Assembly (NCBI GenBank): GCA_050251055.1
Contig: JBFWNL010000001.1
Span: forward strand, 651,825-715,824
From: Bacteriovoracia bacterium
GTDB taxonomy: Bacteria > Bdellovibrionota > UBA1018 > JBFWNL01
Direction: 5' to 3'
Length of the DNA: 64,000 nucleotides
The first letter of the stretch is position 1; the number at the start of each line of letters is the position of its first letter. The position numbers and the translations under genes are program-made. Of this stretch, positions 1-8,432 are shown piece by piece. The notes under the pieces were generated by a model. That model was not told the DNA's origin. It ran no database searches and was given only the letters and a program-made list of their open reading frames with translations.

Positions 1-801
1 CTCGCGGGCCAGGTGGCTCACCTCATCGTCGCGCGCGGTGGAAATAAACGGAAGCGTGCTTTTGTCTTCCTTGCGTAACCCGCGCGTCGCGATGTCGCGT
101 GCGAGCCTCGTTAGCTCCGCGAGCGGACGCAGGGCGCGCTCACCAAACCAGAACAGCAAGAGTGACAAAGCCATGATCAGGATCAAGATTCCCTGCAAAC
201 CCGTACGTAGGCTACTTACGCGCGCGTCGGCGTTCCCAAAAGTGCGGCGAAGCGAGTTATCTGACTCACTCAGCCCCCATTTCAGCTGGCGGTTCCACTC
301 CGACATATCGGAAAGCCACTGCGGGTAAAGACGGGCTGCCGCCTCTTCATTCTTCTGCTCGAGCGCTTGGTAAAGCTGCGACGCCGCCCGCTTGAGCCGC
401 GCAAACCCCAGCCCCAGCTCGCGTGCCCACTCCTTCCACTGCGCGCGAATCTCTTCCGGCGCCCAGTCGATGTCCTGATTCAAAGTCTTTTCGAGCTGCT
501 TGATCTCCGTCTCGAGCAAGTCGGTAATCCAAAGCGGAATGGCCTGCGGCTTCCAATGAGGATCGTTCCAGTGCGAGTAACCTAAGCGGCGCTCCATCTC
601 GCGGCGCAGGACTTCCGAATCCGATTTCAACTGGCCCAACGTGCGCCCCAGGGGAACGGAAACCCGATTGATCGCGGTGAGCGAGCGGTTCACGTCGGTG
701 ACGTGAAAGAGGCTCATGGCCGAACCCGCGAAAGACAGCAGCATGAGCGCGAAAACGGCGAATAGGATGCGCTGCCGCAATGTGGTGCGAGGCGAACTCA
801 T
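1..801 (-). CDS. HAMP-domain membrane sensor protein, probably a histidine kinase (N-terminal part; runs off the window)
   Basis: Not in the ORF track. Manual translation from ATG 801 gives MSSPRTTLRQRILFAVFALMLLSFAGSAMSLFHV (TM). Near position 1 there is a second TM and a HAMP-like segment, RALRPLAELTRLARDIA...DDEVSHLARE. The kinase or MCP output domain is outside the window. Confidence 0.75.
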   Translation of the reverse strand, partial: MSSPRTTLRQRILFAVFALMLLSFAGSAMSLFHVTDVNRSLTAINRVSVPLGRTLGQLKSDSEVLRREMERRLGYSHWNDPHWKPQAIPLWITDLLETEIKQLEKTLNQDIDWAPEEIRAQWKEWARELGLGFARLKRAASQLYQALEQKNEEAAARLYPQWLSDMSEWNRQLKWGLSESDNSLRRTFGNADARVSSLRTGLQGILILIMALSLLLFWFGERALRPLAELTRLARDIATRGLRKEDKSTLPFISTARDDEVSHLARE

Positions 802-852
802 TCTAATAAGGAATATACCCGATTCGCACGGTTTCAGCTAATATTGGACGCC

Positions 853-2022
853 ATGAACAAACGTCTCGGGCTCGTCGTGGTCTTATTCATTCTCGCGATT
901 TTAGCTGTCGTTTTTTTGACGCCGCTTCGCGGCAAGTTCTTCAAGTCCGAGGTGATCGTCGCGGTGCTCGACACGGGCGTCGACACCCAAGCGGGATTAA
1001 ACGACCGGTTGTTACAAGTGAACGGACGGTACGGCTGGAACTTCGTCGAAGGAAATGCGGTGACCGAGGATCTGAGCGAGCAGAAGCACGGCACCCTCGT
1101 GGCGAAGGCGATTGCCCTCGCCGACCCGAAGATTAAGCTCCTCATCGTCCGCGTCGCTCAACACGGCGGAGGTACGGGCGATGGCTTCGCAAAGGGCGTG
1201 CATTACGGCCTTGAACACGGCGCGGACGTGATCAACATCTCTTCAGGACTCGTCTATCACACCCCCGAAATGGATGCGGCGGTCGCCGCCGCCGCCACGC
1301 GCGGTGTACCCATCGTCACCGCGGCGGGGGTAGGCGTGCCGAACCCGTTCGCACCGGTGGCGCTCAGCCAAATGTACCCGCAAGCCTATCCGGGCGTGAT
1401 CGTCGTCGGTAAAGCGCTGGGCACGAACCAACCGGATATCATCTCCAACTTCGGCCCCGCTTTGGACGTCGTGGTCGCGCCATTGCCCAACGGCAACTAC
1501 TTGCCCGAGGAAATAAACTCACATGGCTCGAGCTTCGCGGCCGCAATCGTCTCCGGTGCCGTGGCCAAGTACCGGCTTGCGCACCCATCGGCCGCACCTG
1601 CCGAGATCCGCGCGGCGCTTCGCCACAGCACCATCCCCCCCTACTTTCGCGAAGAAGACCGCGCGAAGCTCGATCGACTGGGTTCGGGCACCGCCCGCTT
1701 GGTGGAATTCCAAAAGATACCGAACGACGGGTATTTTGCGCGCATGGGGCAGAACCCATTCACCCTGAAACACGAGATCGAAATCAACTCCTCAGAAGCG
1801 CTCCAGGGAGCGAAGGGAACCTACGAATGCGCGCCCGACGCGACCCCGCGACCGGCGGGCGAACTCGAGCTGCTCAGCGTGGCGCCGGCGAATCCCGAAA
1901 AAGGCCGGCTGCATTACGTGGTAGCGGATTTCCCCCAGAAAACTCAAGGCTGCAAAATAAAACTGGCGCTCACTCCCGTTTCCGGGGGCGAGCGCCAGCT
2001 CTCGATTACTTTGGCTAACTAA
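853..2022 (+). CDS. S8 (subtilisin-like) serine peptidase with N-terminal membrane anchor
   Basis: Triad motifs VAVLDTGVD, HGTLVA and GSSFAAAIVSG; hydrophobic N-terminus. ATG 853 preferred over TTG 844. Confidence 0.85.
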   Translation: MNKRLGLVVVLFILAILAVVFLTPLRGKFFKSEVIVAVLDTGVDTQAGLNDRLLQVNGRYGWNFVEGNAVTEDLSEQKHGTLVAKAIALADPKIKLLIVRVAQHGGGTGDGFAKGVHYGLEHGADVINISSGLVYHTPEMDAAVAAAATRGVPIVTAAGVGVPNPFAPVALSQMYPQAYPGVIVVGKALGTNQPDIISNFGPALDVVVAPLPNGNYLPEEINSHGSSFAAAIVSGAVAKYRLAHPSAAPAEIRAALRHSTIPPYFREEDRAKLDRLGSGTARLVEFQKIPNDGYFARMGQNPFTLKHEIEINSSEALQGAKGTYECAPDATPRPAGELELLSVAPANPEKGRLHYVVADFPQKTQGCKIKLALTPVSGGERQLSITLAN

Positions 2023-5000
2023 TTAAAGGACCGACTTGCCGTCTTCGTCGGTGACGGTGTCACCGAGGTCGAACTCAAGGGCCGTGCCGGCCTTGACGTC
2101 TTTCTTTTCCTTCTTGAGCTTGGACTCGAGCTCGTCGAAAGCCTTCGTCAGGTTCTTGAACGTCGACACGTAAGCGTCGCCCGTCGTGGCGAACGGACCG
2201 ACGTAGTAGACCTCCTGACGAATCTGACGGATCACCGGCTGGAATTTCACCAAGCTCATGCGGACCGTCTCGTTGTGGACGCTGTTCAAGGCTTCCGTCA
2301 CGAACTTCACGAGCAACGAACGCTGCTTGCGTTTGTCGTCGCGGAAGATGGACTTCTTATCTTCCTTCGACTTCTTCTTGCCTTCGGCAATCCAGTAGTC
2401 ATCCATCGCTTCCTGGTTGAGCATGTGCACCAGCGAACGACCCGTAACTCCCTTCACGGCTTGGTTGCCCGAAGTCAGCGTGCCGATGTAGGCGGCGAGC
2501 GTTTCCTCGAACGACTGCGTGACGAGCGCGAAGGTCGCGATGCGGTTAGCAATGCCCTGCACGGAGCGGTCACGATTGTTCGTATCCACGCCGACCGAGA
2601 ACGGCTTCAGATCGGTCAACTCGCGCGTGCTCGGACGGCTGAGCGCCATGCCTTCCACGGTGCGGGTATTGACCCAATCCGTCGCCTTGACACGGCTGAT
2701 GCCGGCGCCAACTTGCGTTTCGCTTCCGCCGAAGGACAGGTTCGCGTAGAGCTTACCGCCGGCCTTCACGTAGGCTTCGAGCGCGTTACCGAGCTCGGCG
2801 TCCATCGCGCCGGTGACTTCCGGCAGGATGATCATCTTACCCGCGTACTTAGACACGATCGCTTGCTTCGTGACGTTCGTGGGGATCCCCAGATCCAGGA
2901 TATCGAGCGGCATGCCCGACGCCTGAATGATGCGTTCGGCGGAATTCATGAGATCGCGATTCGCGACGATCAGGAGACCCGCAGAACCCGGGTTGTACTC
3001 CCAGGACTTGGTGCTGTTGACCGTGAAGCGGCTGAGACCCAGCAACCAGTTGCCTTCGAAGACCTGGACTTGGAACGAGAGTTCCTTACCCGCGTTCGCC
3101 TTCGGAACCGTGAGGCTCAAGGTGGCGTTACGCACTTCGTTGACGGCGATATTGCCGATGAGCACGTCGTTCTTCACCACGGTCGAAAGACCATCGAGCG
3201 AAACCATGCGGACCATCACCGACTTGGCCGAAGCCTTGTTGCTGACGTTCTTCACGGAAATCGTGGCGGTGGTTTCTTCCTCCGCGGTCACGAGATTCTT
3301 CACCGCGACCTGCGGCACGCTGTACGGGTAGCTCACCGTGAAGCGTAGCTCTTGGTTCATGAGCTGGACGTTGCGGCGGCTAGTGCGGCCATCTTCTTCA
3401 AGCACGGCGATGTTGGCGTCGACCGTGATCTGCAGAGATTGCCGAGAACCGATCGCGACATCTTGCGGAATCTGGAAAGGCAGGAGACCCGTCACCGTGG
3501 AGCGGGACTGGCTCGGGAGCGCGACCAGGTCCGTCTCGGTGGCGTTCATGAGAATGCCGTTCGAGAGCAGCTTGACCCGCACTTTCACCGGTTGGTCCTG
3601 CGAGACTTTGCCGTAGTTTTTCATCACGAGCTGGATCGATCCGGTTTCACCCGGGGCAAACACGGCGTCGCCGTTGTCTTCCACGATGCTCACCGCTTCG
3701 GCTTGCATCACCGCGAAGCCGTTGAAGTAGCTGGTCGCGATATCGGATCCCTTCTGCTTGGCCTTACCCAAGAAGTCGGTGTAGTGATCGCTGTAGCCCT
3801 TCGCAATACCGTCGGCTTTGCCGTCGGCGATCGCTTGGGTGCGACCTTGATTGTAGCCTTCCAGGCTGCCGCCGCTGCCGGTCACGCGGCCTTGGGCATC
3901 CACGGTGACCGAACCCTTACCACGGACAACGGCACCGGGATAAACTTGGCCGTAACGGATGTCACGCACCCGAGCTTCTTCGGCTTGGTAGGCGGCGGAT
4001 TTTTCCGCCGCGTAAATCACCACGCCGGTTTGCGGGTCCTGCACGCGGGCAACCGCGCCTTGGTTACGAACCGCGTTCTGGTACTGCGTGTAATCCGGAG
4101 TGCCTTGGGCATCGTACGTGATCAGGTTCATCCACTGCTCGTAGGACGAGCTCCGGGCCTGTTCAAACACGATCGGGAACGTCGCATTGAACTGGCGCCA
4201 GAAAGCGGTGCGCGCGAACTCTACGAAGTGAAAATCGTACGAGTCGTAGTACGCGTCCGCGACCTCATCGCTAAGGTAGCCGTAGTGGCGAACCGGCTGG
4301 TACTCACCCGCCGAGCGGAAGTCCGGCTCGCCGAAAGCTTGGGAAATCGCGCCGGGAACTTCGGGACCGCCGTCGTTGGCGATGGTCACGTTCTTCAGCG
4401 GAACGTTGTAGAAATCGCGCTCCGTCGCGCGACGACCTTCAGGGATGCCTACGCGGTTCGCTTCGTTCTGGGCGTTCTGCTTGCCGGCTGGGTAGCCTTC
4501 CAGCTGATCGTTGTAGCCTTGGTTATATTCGCCGTACTTGCGGCCATCGGAGCGCCCGATCGGGTACTGCTCATTGCGACCAGAGGTGCGGCCAGCCGCC
4601 TCACCGTCACGGTTCGCTTCGCTCTCGCCGCGATTCCAACCCACGGGGCCGCCTTCGCGGAAGCCGTCGATCTGGCCTTGGGCTTGGTCACGGCCCCAGA
4701 GGGAGCCTTGCTCGCCACCCATCTGGTTGCCGTAGCTGATCCCCCAGCTCGTGCCGACCGCCGCACCGGGAGCCGCGGCATCGTCGCGGCCGAACTGAGC
4801 GGCCAAGCGCTTGGCTTCGCGGATGTTCTCGTTCACTTGGCGAACGTTGGCTTCCGCTTCGTCCGATTCGCGCTTGAGATTCGCCACACCTTCGGCGCTG
4901 CGATCGCGCTGGGCCTTGGCTTCGTCACGCAGCTGCTTCTTGGCGGCGACCTGAATCTCGGCCTGCGTCAACTCCGTGGTCTTCGCTTGCAAGAGGGTCT

Positions 5001-6312
5001 TGAGCTCGACTAGGCGGTTGGCGGCGGTGATCTTATTGTCCAAATCGGTGATGGCCGCGTTCGCCGCGTCCAGCTCGCCTTTGATCTGGTCCACTTCCGT
5101 TTTCTTAGTCTGGAAGGCATTCACCGCGGCAGTTTCCGCGGCCTTCGTGGTTTGCACCGCGGTCTTAGCGGCAGCCACGGCGCTGTTCGCGTTGTTCACC
5201 TTCGTCGTCAGATCAAGCACCGCCTGATTGGCGGCGACGAGCTGCTGTTGAATGGTGGGTAGGGTCTTTTGGATTTCCGCGATGCGCGCGTTCACGCGCT
5301 GGGATTCCTGGTTCAACGTTTGGGCTTGGTGCTGGAGAGCCGCGAGCTTACGCTTAGCGGCGGCGAGCGCCTGCACGAGCGCCGGGTCCGGCTTGGTGGA
5401 ATCCGTCGCCTTGATCTTCTCTTCCAATGCGGCGATTTCCTTCGTCGTGGCGTCTTGCGCTTCTTTATTTTTTTGCATTTCGCCGGGAATAGCCTTCTGG
5501 CGCTCGACCAAGGTCGCTAGCTCCGGCCCCATTTGATTGGCCTGATTTTGAAGCTCGGTCACCTTGGCCTGGGCGGCAGTCAGCTTGCCCTGCAGGTCGG
5601 CGGCCGTCGCCTCCTTCGCGGTCAAGTCATCCTTAGCGGCCTTGGCGGCGGCCACGGCGTTGTCACGCGCGGTCTTAAGCGGCGCAAGCTGTCCGTTCAC
5701 GAGATCGAATTGCCCCTTCTTTTGATCGCGGGCAGAAACCGCGGCGGGACGACCCTGGCGCAAGGCTTGAAGGTGGTTGCGCAAGGCATTCAGCTCGGCC
5801 GGCAAACCTGGGTTTGCTTGGGTCACCGTATTGATCTCGTTCGTCGAGTTCGTGATGGTGGTTTGGATCGCGTCGCGCGCGGCGGTCGCGTTGTTCAGCT
5901 CGTTTTGACGGCGCGTGAGGTCTTGATCCAAGCGAACGAGAGAGTCCTTCGCTTGGTCTAGGCGTTGATTCGCCACCTGGGCGCGACGGCGCGCGCCTTG
6001 CTCGTCGAGATCGTTACGGTCGAAGCGGCGTTGGATCTCGTCTCCATTGCGCATACGATCGTTGCCACCGAAGCGGTCACCGAAACGACGGCCGTTCTCG
6101 GCGCGGTCGCGCTCACGATTCCAGCGATCGCGCTCATTCCGTTCGCCCGGCAGGGGCCCGCGGCGGTCACCCAGACGATCAGCGCCCGGCAGTGGCACGG
6201 GGTGCGCAACCGGAGGTTTGCGACCTGGGCGCGTCGGCGGGTCGGCTAAACCAGCGACCGAGCTAAGCACCATTACTGCACTGAGCACCAAACTGAGCTT
6301 TTTCATTTTCAT
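2023..6312 (-). CDS. Large secreted coiled-coil protein of unknown function (1429 aa)
   Basis: Signal peptide MKMKKLSLVLSAVMVLSSVAGLA, long Ala/Gln/Lys heptad region, GxxxG repeats, beta-rich Ig/CARDB-like segments (EDNGDAVFAPGETGSIQLVMKNYG), and a C-terminal alpha/beta domain. Confidence 0.85.
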   Translation of the reverse strand: MKMKKLSLVLSAVMVLSSVAGLADPPTRPGRKPPVAHPVPLPGADRLGDRRGPLPGERNERDRWNRERDRAENGRRFGDRFGGNDRMRNGDEIQRRFDRNDLDEQGARRRAQVANQRLDQAKDSLVRLDQDLTRRQNELNNATAARDAIQTTITNSTNEINTVTQANPGLPAELNALRNHLQALRQGRPAAVSARDQKKGQFDLVNGQLAPLKTARDNAVAAAKAAKDDLTAKEATAADLQGKLTAAQAKVTELQNQANQMGPELATLVERQKAIPGEMQKNKEAQDATTKEIAALEEKIKATDSTKPDPALVQALAAAKRKLAALQHQAQTLNQESQRVNARIAEIQKTLPTIQQQLVAANQAVLDLTTKVNNANSAVAAAKTAVQTTKAAETAAVNAFQTKKTEVDQIKGELDAANAAITDLDNKITAANRLVELKTLLQAKTTELTQAEIQVAAKKQLRDEAKAQRDRSAEGVANLKRESDEAEANVRQVNENIREAKRLAAQFGRDDAAAPGAAVGTSWGISYGNQMGGEQGSLWGRDQAQGQIDGFREGGPVGWNRGESEANRDGEAAGRTSGRNEQYPIGRSDGRKYGEYNQGYNDQLEGYPAGKQNAQNEANRVGIPEGRRATERDFYNVPLKNVTIANDGGPEVPGAISQAFGEPDFRSAGEYQPVRHYGYLSDEVADAYYDSYDFHFVEFARTAFWRQFNATFPIVFEQARSSSYEQWMNLITYDAQGTPDYTQYQNAVRNQGAVARVQDPQTGVVIYAAEKSAAYQAEEARVRDIRYGQVYPGAVVRGKGSVTVDAQGRVTGSGGSLEGYNQGRTQAIADGKADGIAKGYSDHYTDFLGKAKQKGSDIATSYFNGFAVMQAEAVSIVEDNGDAVFAPGETGSIQLVMKNYGKVSQDQPVKVRVKLLSNGILMNATETDLVALPSQSRSTVTGLLPFQIPQDVAIGSRQSLQITVDANIAVLEEDGRTSRRNVQLMNQELRFTVSYPYSVPQVAVKNLVTAEEETTATISVKNVSNKASAKSVMVRMVSLDGLSTVVKNDVLIGNIAVNEVRNATLSLTVPKANAGKELSFQVQVFEGNWLLGLSRFTVNSTKSWEYNPGSAGLLIVANRDLMNSAERIIQASGMPLDILDLGIPTNVTKQAIVSKYAGKMIILPEVTGAMDAELGNALEAYVKAGGKLYANLSFGGSETQVGAGISRVKATDWVNTRTVEGMALSRPSTRELTDLKPFSVGVDTNNRDRSVQGIANRIATFALVTQSFEETLAAYIGTLTSGNQAVKGVTGRSLVHMLNQEAMDDYWIAEGKKKSKEDKKSIFRDDKRKQRSLLVKFVTEALNSVHNETVRMSLVKFQPVIRQIRQEVYYVGPFATTGDAYVSTFKNLTKAFDELESKLKKEKKDVKAGTALEFDLGDTVTDEDGKSVL

Positions 6313-6423
6313 GACTTTCGCGATCCTTCGTTCTCGTTCGTTATAAAATCACGCGCCGCACCAAATGCATCTTCTGGACCGATTTGCAATTTCGGACCAA
6401 AACGGTGTTGTGACGCGTAGCGT

Positions 6424-6452
6424 TATCTATCGAAACAACGAAGTTATGTCAA
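6424..6452 (-). promoter_or_regulatory. Putative sigma70-type promoter for the 1429-aa gene
   Basis: TTGACA (6452-6447), 17-nt spacer, TAGATA (6429-6424), in an AT-rich intergenic region. Confidence 0.5.
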
Positions 6453-6566
6453 AAGAATCCTAATAGATAAGACAGAGTGGCTTAGTTTAATAAATAGACC
6501 ATATGGAAGCGCAGCTAGGGCACCGCCTGGGTGCATAAAAGCAGAAAGATTTCCGGAAGATCAAAA

Positions 6567-7037
6567 TCAGTGCCTTTTCGGCACCAATTTATCCAACATC
6601 TCATTGAGGACAACCGCCACTTCGCGGAAGTCGTCTTCCTTACGCAGGTGCACGCGCGTGTCCACCTCGCCGTCCCGTACCTTCTCCATGACCTTTTTCA
6701 TCTGGAACATAGGGCCGGCGGTGCGATGAGAAAACAGAAGAGCGACGCTGCACATGAGCACCATGAATACGATTGACCAAATCATCAGCTTCCAACCAAG
6801 CGAGTTTAGATACGCGATGGCGGTGTCCTTAACCTCGTTGGGGAGCGAGCTAATACGCACGAAAGCCTCAAAATCCCGCTGCACGTAAAGGTGAAACACG
6901 CTCGCATTCAAAATGACGAGCACGAGCCCGAGTACGGTCATCCAAAAAATGAATTTCAGCTGGTAACGCGGATTGATCAGTAAATTGCGCACTCGGCGGC
7001 CGGGATGTCTCCCGCCGGCTCTATTTTCTTCGGTCAT
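6567..7037 (-). CDS. Small 2-TM HAMP-domain protein with no output domain
   Basis: RRVRNLLINPRYQLKF, two TM helices, then the HAMP segment SHRTAGP...VHLRKEDDFREVAVVLNEML. Confidence 0.8.
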   Translation of the reverse strand: MTEENRAGGRHPGRRVRNLLINPRYQLKFIFWMTVLGLVLVILNASVFHLYVQRDFEAFVRISSLPNEVKDTAIAYLNSLGWKLMIWSIVFMVLMCSVALLFSHRTAGPMFQMKKVMEKVRDGEVDTRVHLRKEDDFREVAVVLNEMLDKLVPKRH

Positions 7038-7089
7038 TTTCCGTCCCCCCGTATCTCCGTCTCTCGACTCGTCACCCGGGGCGAGGCGC

Positions 7090-8028
7090 TTAGCGCAGGC
7101 CCTTGGTCTTTAAAAACGCGATCAATGCTTCCGGGTCATCGGAAATGATCCCATCCACCCCGGCCGAAAGCAAGTACTCCCACTCGCGGGAGTCATTCGC
7201 CGTCCAAGGGATGACCTGAAGGCCAGCAGCGTGCAGCTCGCCCACCCATTCCCGGGTCACCCAACCCAGATGCGGAGAGATGATTTCAAACCCGGCTTTT
7301 TTGGCGGCGCCGACGACATTAAGCATGAAATTCGCCGCCAAAAGGGCCGAGACCCGTTGCTTCGGGGCCTGTCGTTTCACTTCCACAAGGTAAAGATGAT
7401 TGAAGCATTGCACGACGGTGCGCGAAGCCATGCCGGCGGCGTCGATCTCCTTCAACAGAAGGCGCGTAAACTCCTTGGCCCCTGGATCCAACCCGGGCAG
7501 GGCCGGTACCGTCTTCATTTCTACGTTAAACTGCACCCGCTTGGCCTGGGGCAAGGCCGAGGTTTTCACCAAATCGAAGACCTCCCGAAGGGTCGGAATC
7601 CGCTCTCCGGCGATGCGCTTCTGCCGAGGAAATTTCGGGTTAGGCACGCTACCGCAGTCATACTGCTTCACCTGCTCCAAAGTGAGCGTACGGATCGCAA
7701 TCGGAGCCGCAGGCTTCTGACCGGCGGAGTCCACGCAGAGCTCGGGAGTGATGAACTGTTCGTGCGAGACGACTACCACGCCATCTTTCGTGACGTTGGT
7801 GTCGAGCTCTAAGGTTTCAACTCCGAGTTCAAGCGCGTAACGAAACGCGGCCAAGGTATTTTCCGGCATGACGGCGCGAGCGCCGCGATGGCCCTGCACC
7901 TCGATCTTCCGCGGGGTTGAGCCTTGAACGCTCGCCGGCGCGGCGATCACCACGAACAAGCTGAGGTACCAGTTAAACCGAACGGAGAAAGACCCGCAAA
8001 AAAATCCCTTAAACGCCGTGTAATTCAT
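7090..8028 (-). CDS. Glycerophosphodiester phosphodiesterase (GlpQ/UgpQ family)
   Basis: Motifs GHRGARAVMPENT, ELD, SH, RIPTL, NVEMK, PWTAN and GVDGIISDDP. Start codon uncertain. Confidence 0.92.
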   Translation of the reverse strand: MNYTAFKGFFCGSFSVRFNWYLSLFVVIAAPASVQGSTPRKIEVQGHRGARAVMPENTLAAFRYALELGVETLELDTNVTKDGVVVVSHEQFITPELCVDSAGQKPAAPIAIRTLTLEQVKQYDCGSVPNPKFPRQKRIAGERIPTLREVFDLVKTSALPQAKRVQFNVEMKTVPALPGLDPGAKEFTRLLLKEIDAAGMASRTVVQCFNHLYLVEVKRQAPKQRVSALLAANFMLNVVGAAKKAGFEIISPHLGWVTREWVGELHAAGLQVIPWTANDSREWEYLLSAGVDGIISDDPEALIAFLKTKGLR

Positions 8029-8066
8029 TGGGGGGCAATATGGATGGGGAGGAGAAGGAATTCAAG

Positions 8067-8262
8067 TTAGGAATGAGTGGGGGCCGTGAACTGCTCCTCG
8101 CGTCTCTCGAAAGGCAGACTTGGAATCTCGCGATTCCAAGGGTGGTGGGCTTCAAGCGACCGATTCTTTTGAAGGAACCGGTCGTTAGATGAGGAGTGAA
8201 GAGGTATCGATGGAGGGTGACCTTCCGAAAGACTCTTCACTAGCCTTCCACTCATTCCTGAT
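8067..8262 (-). ncRNA. Candidate structured ncRNA or 5' leader RNA (~195 nt), sigma54-driven, family not recognised
   Basis: Perfect 12-bp closing stem (8069-8080/8248-8259). Internal stems at 8119-8140 (9 bp, GCGA loop on the - strand), 8157-8184, 8094-8099/8191-8196 and 8195-8203/8233-8241. The upstream sigma54 box predicts +1 at ~8262. Confidence 0.6.
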
Positions 8263-8266
8263 CCCT

Positions 8267-8289
8267 CACTAGAGCAGGCGGGGTGCCAA
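8267..8289 (-). promoter_or_regulatory. sigma54 (-24/-12) promoter
   Basis: Minus strand reads TTGGCACCCCGCCTGCT-CTAGTG, with canonical GG-N10-GC spacing. Confidence 0.7.
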
Positions 8290-8370
8290 CTCCGCCAATT
8301 GGAGAAACAAGCACTTAGCCGGGGCACGGAAACCAGGCACCGGGGTCGAGGGCGACACATTCACGCGGAA

Positions 8371-8404
8371 AGGCCGCACCCGGTTTTCACGCCCGGTGCG
8401 GCCT
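8371..8404 (-). terminator. Hairpin, probable terminator of the 8433-9326 gene
   Basis: AGGCCGCACC/GGTGCGGCCT 10-bp inverted repeat about 30 nt after the stop codon; only a short U tract. Confidence 0.55.
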
Positions 8405-8432
8405 CCTTATAATACCCCTCTTTTTCTCAAGC

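Noticed and set aside
2275-5013. Long + strand ORFs (357 aa and 553 aa) opposite the 1429-aa gene
   Set aside because: Antisense shadows typical of GC-rich, codon-biased genes; no motifs.
6366-6400. Tandem GGTCC...TGCA boxes upstream of the 1429-aa gene as sigma54 promoters
   Set aside because: One has GG-N9-GC spacing (1 nt short) and the other matches the consensus poorly, so neither was called.
8060-8290. The structured element as tmRNA, RNase P RNA, SRP RNA, CsrB-like RNA or a MITE
   Set aside because: No tRNA-like ends, no GAGGAAAGUCC, no SRP helix-8 motif, GGA motifs lie in stems, and there is no target-site duplication or second copy in the window. 6S RNA seems unlikely given the branched fold and gene context but cannot be excluded without a covariance search.
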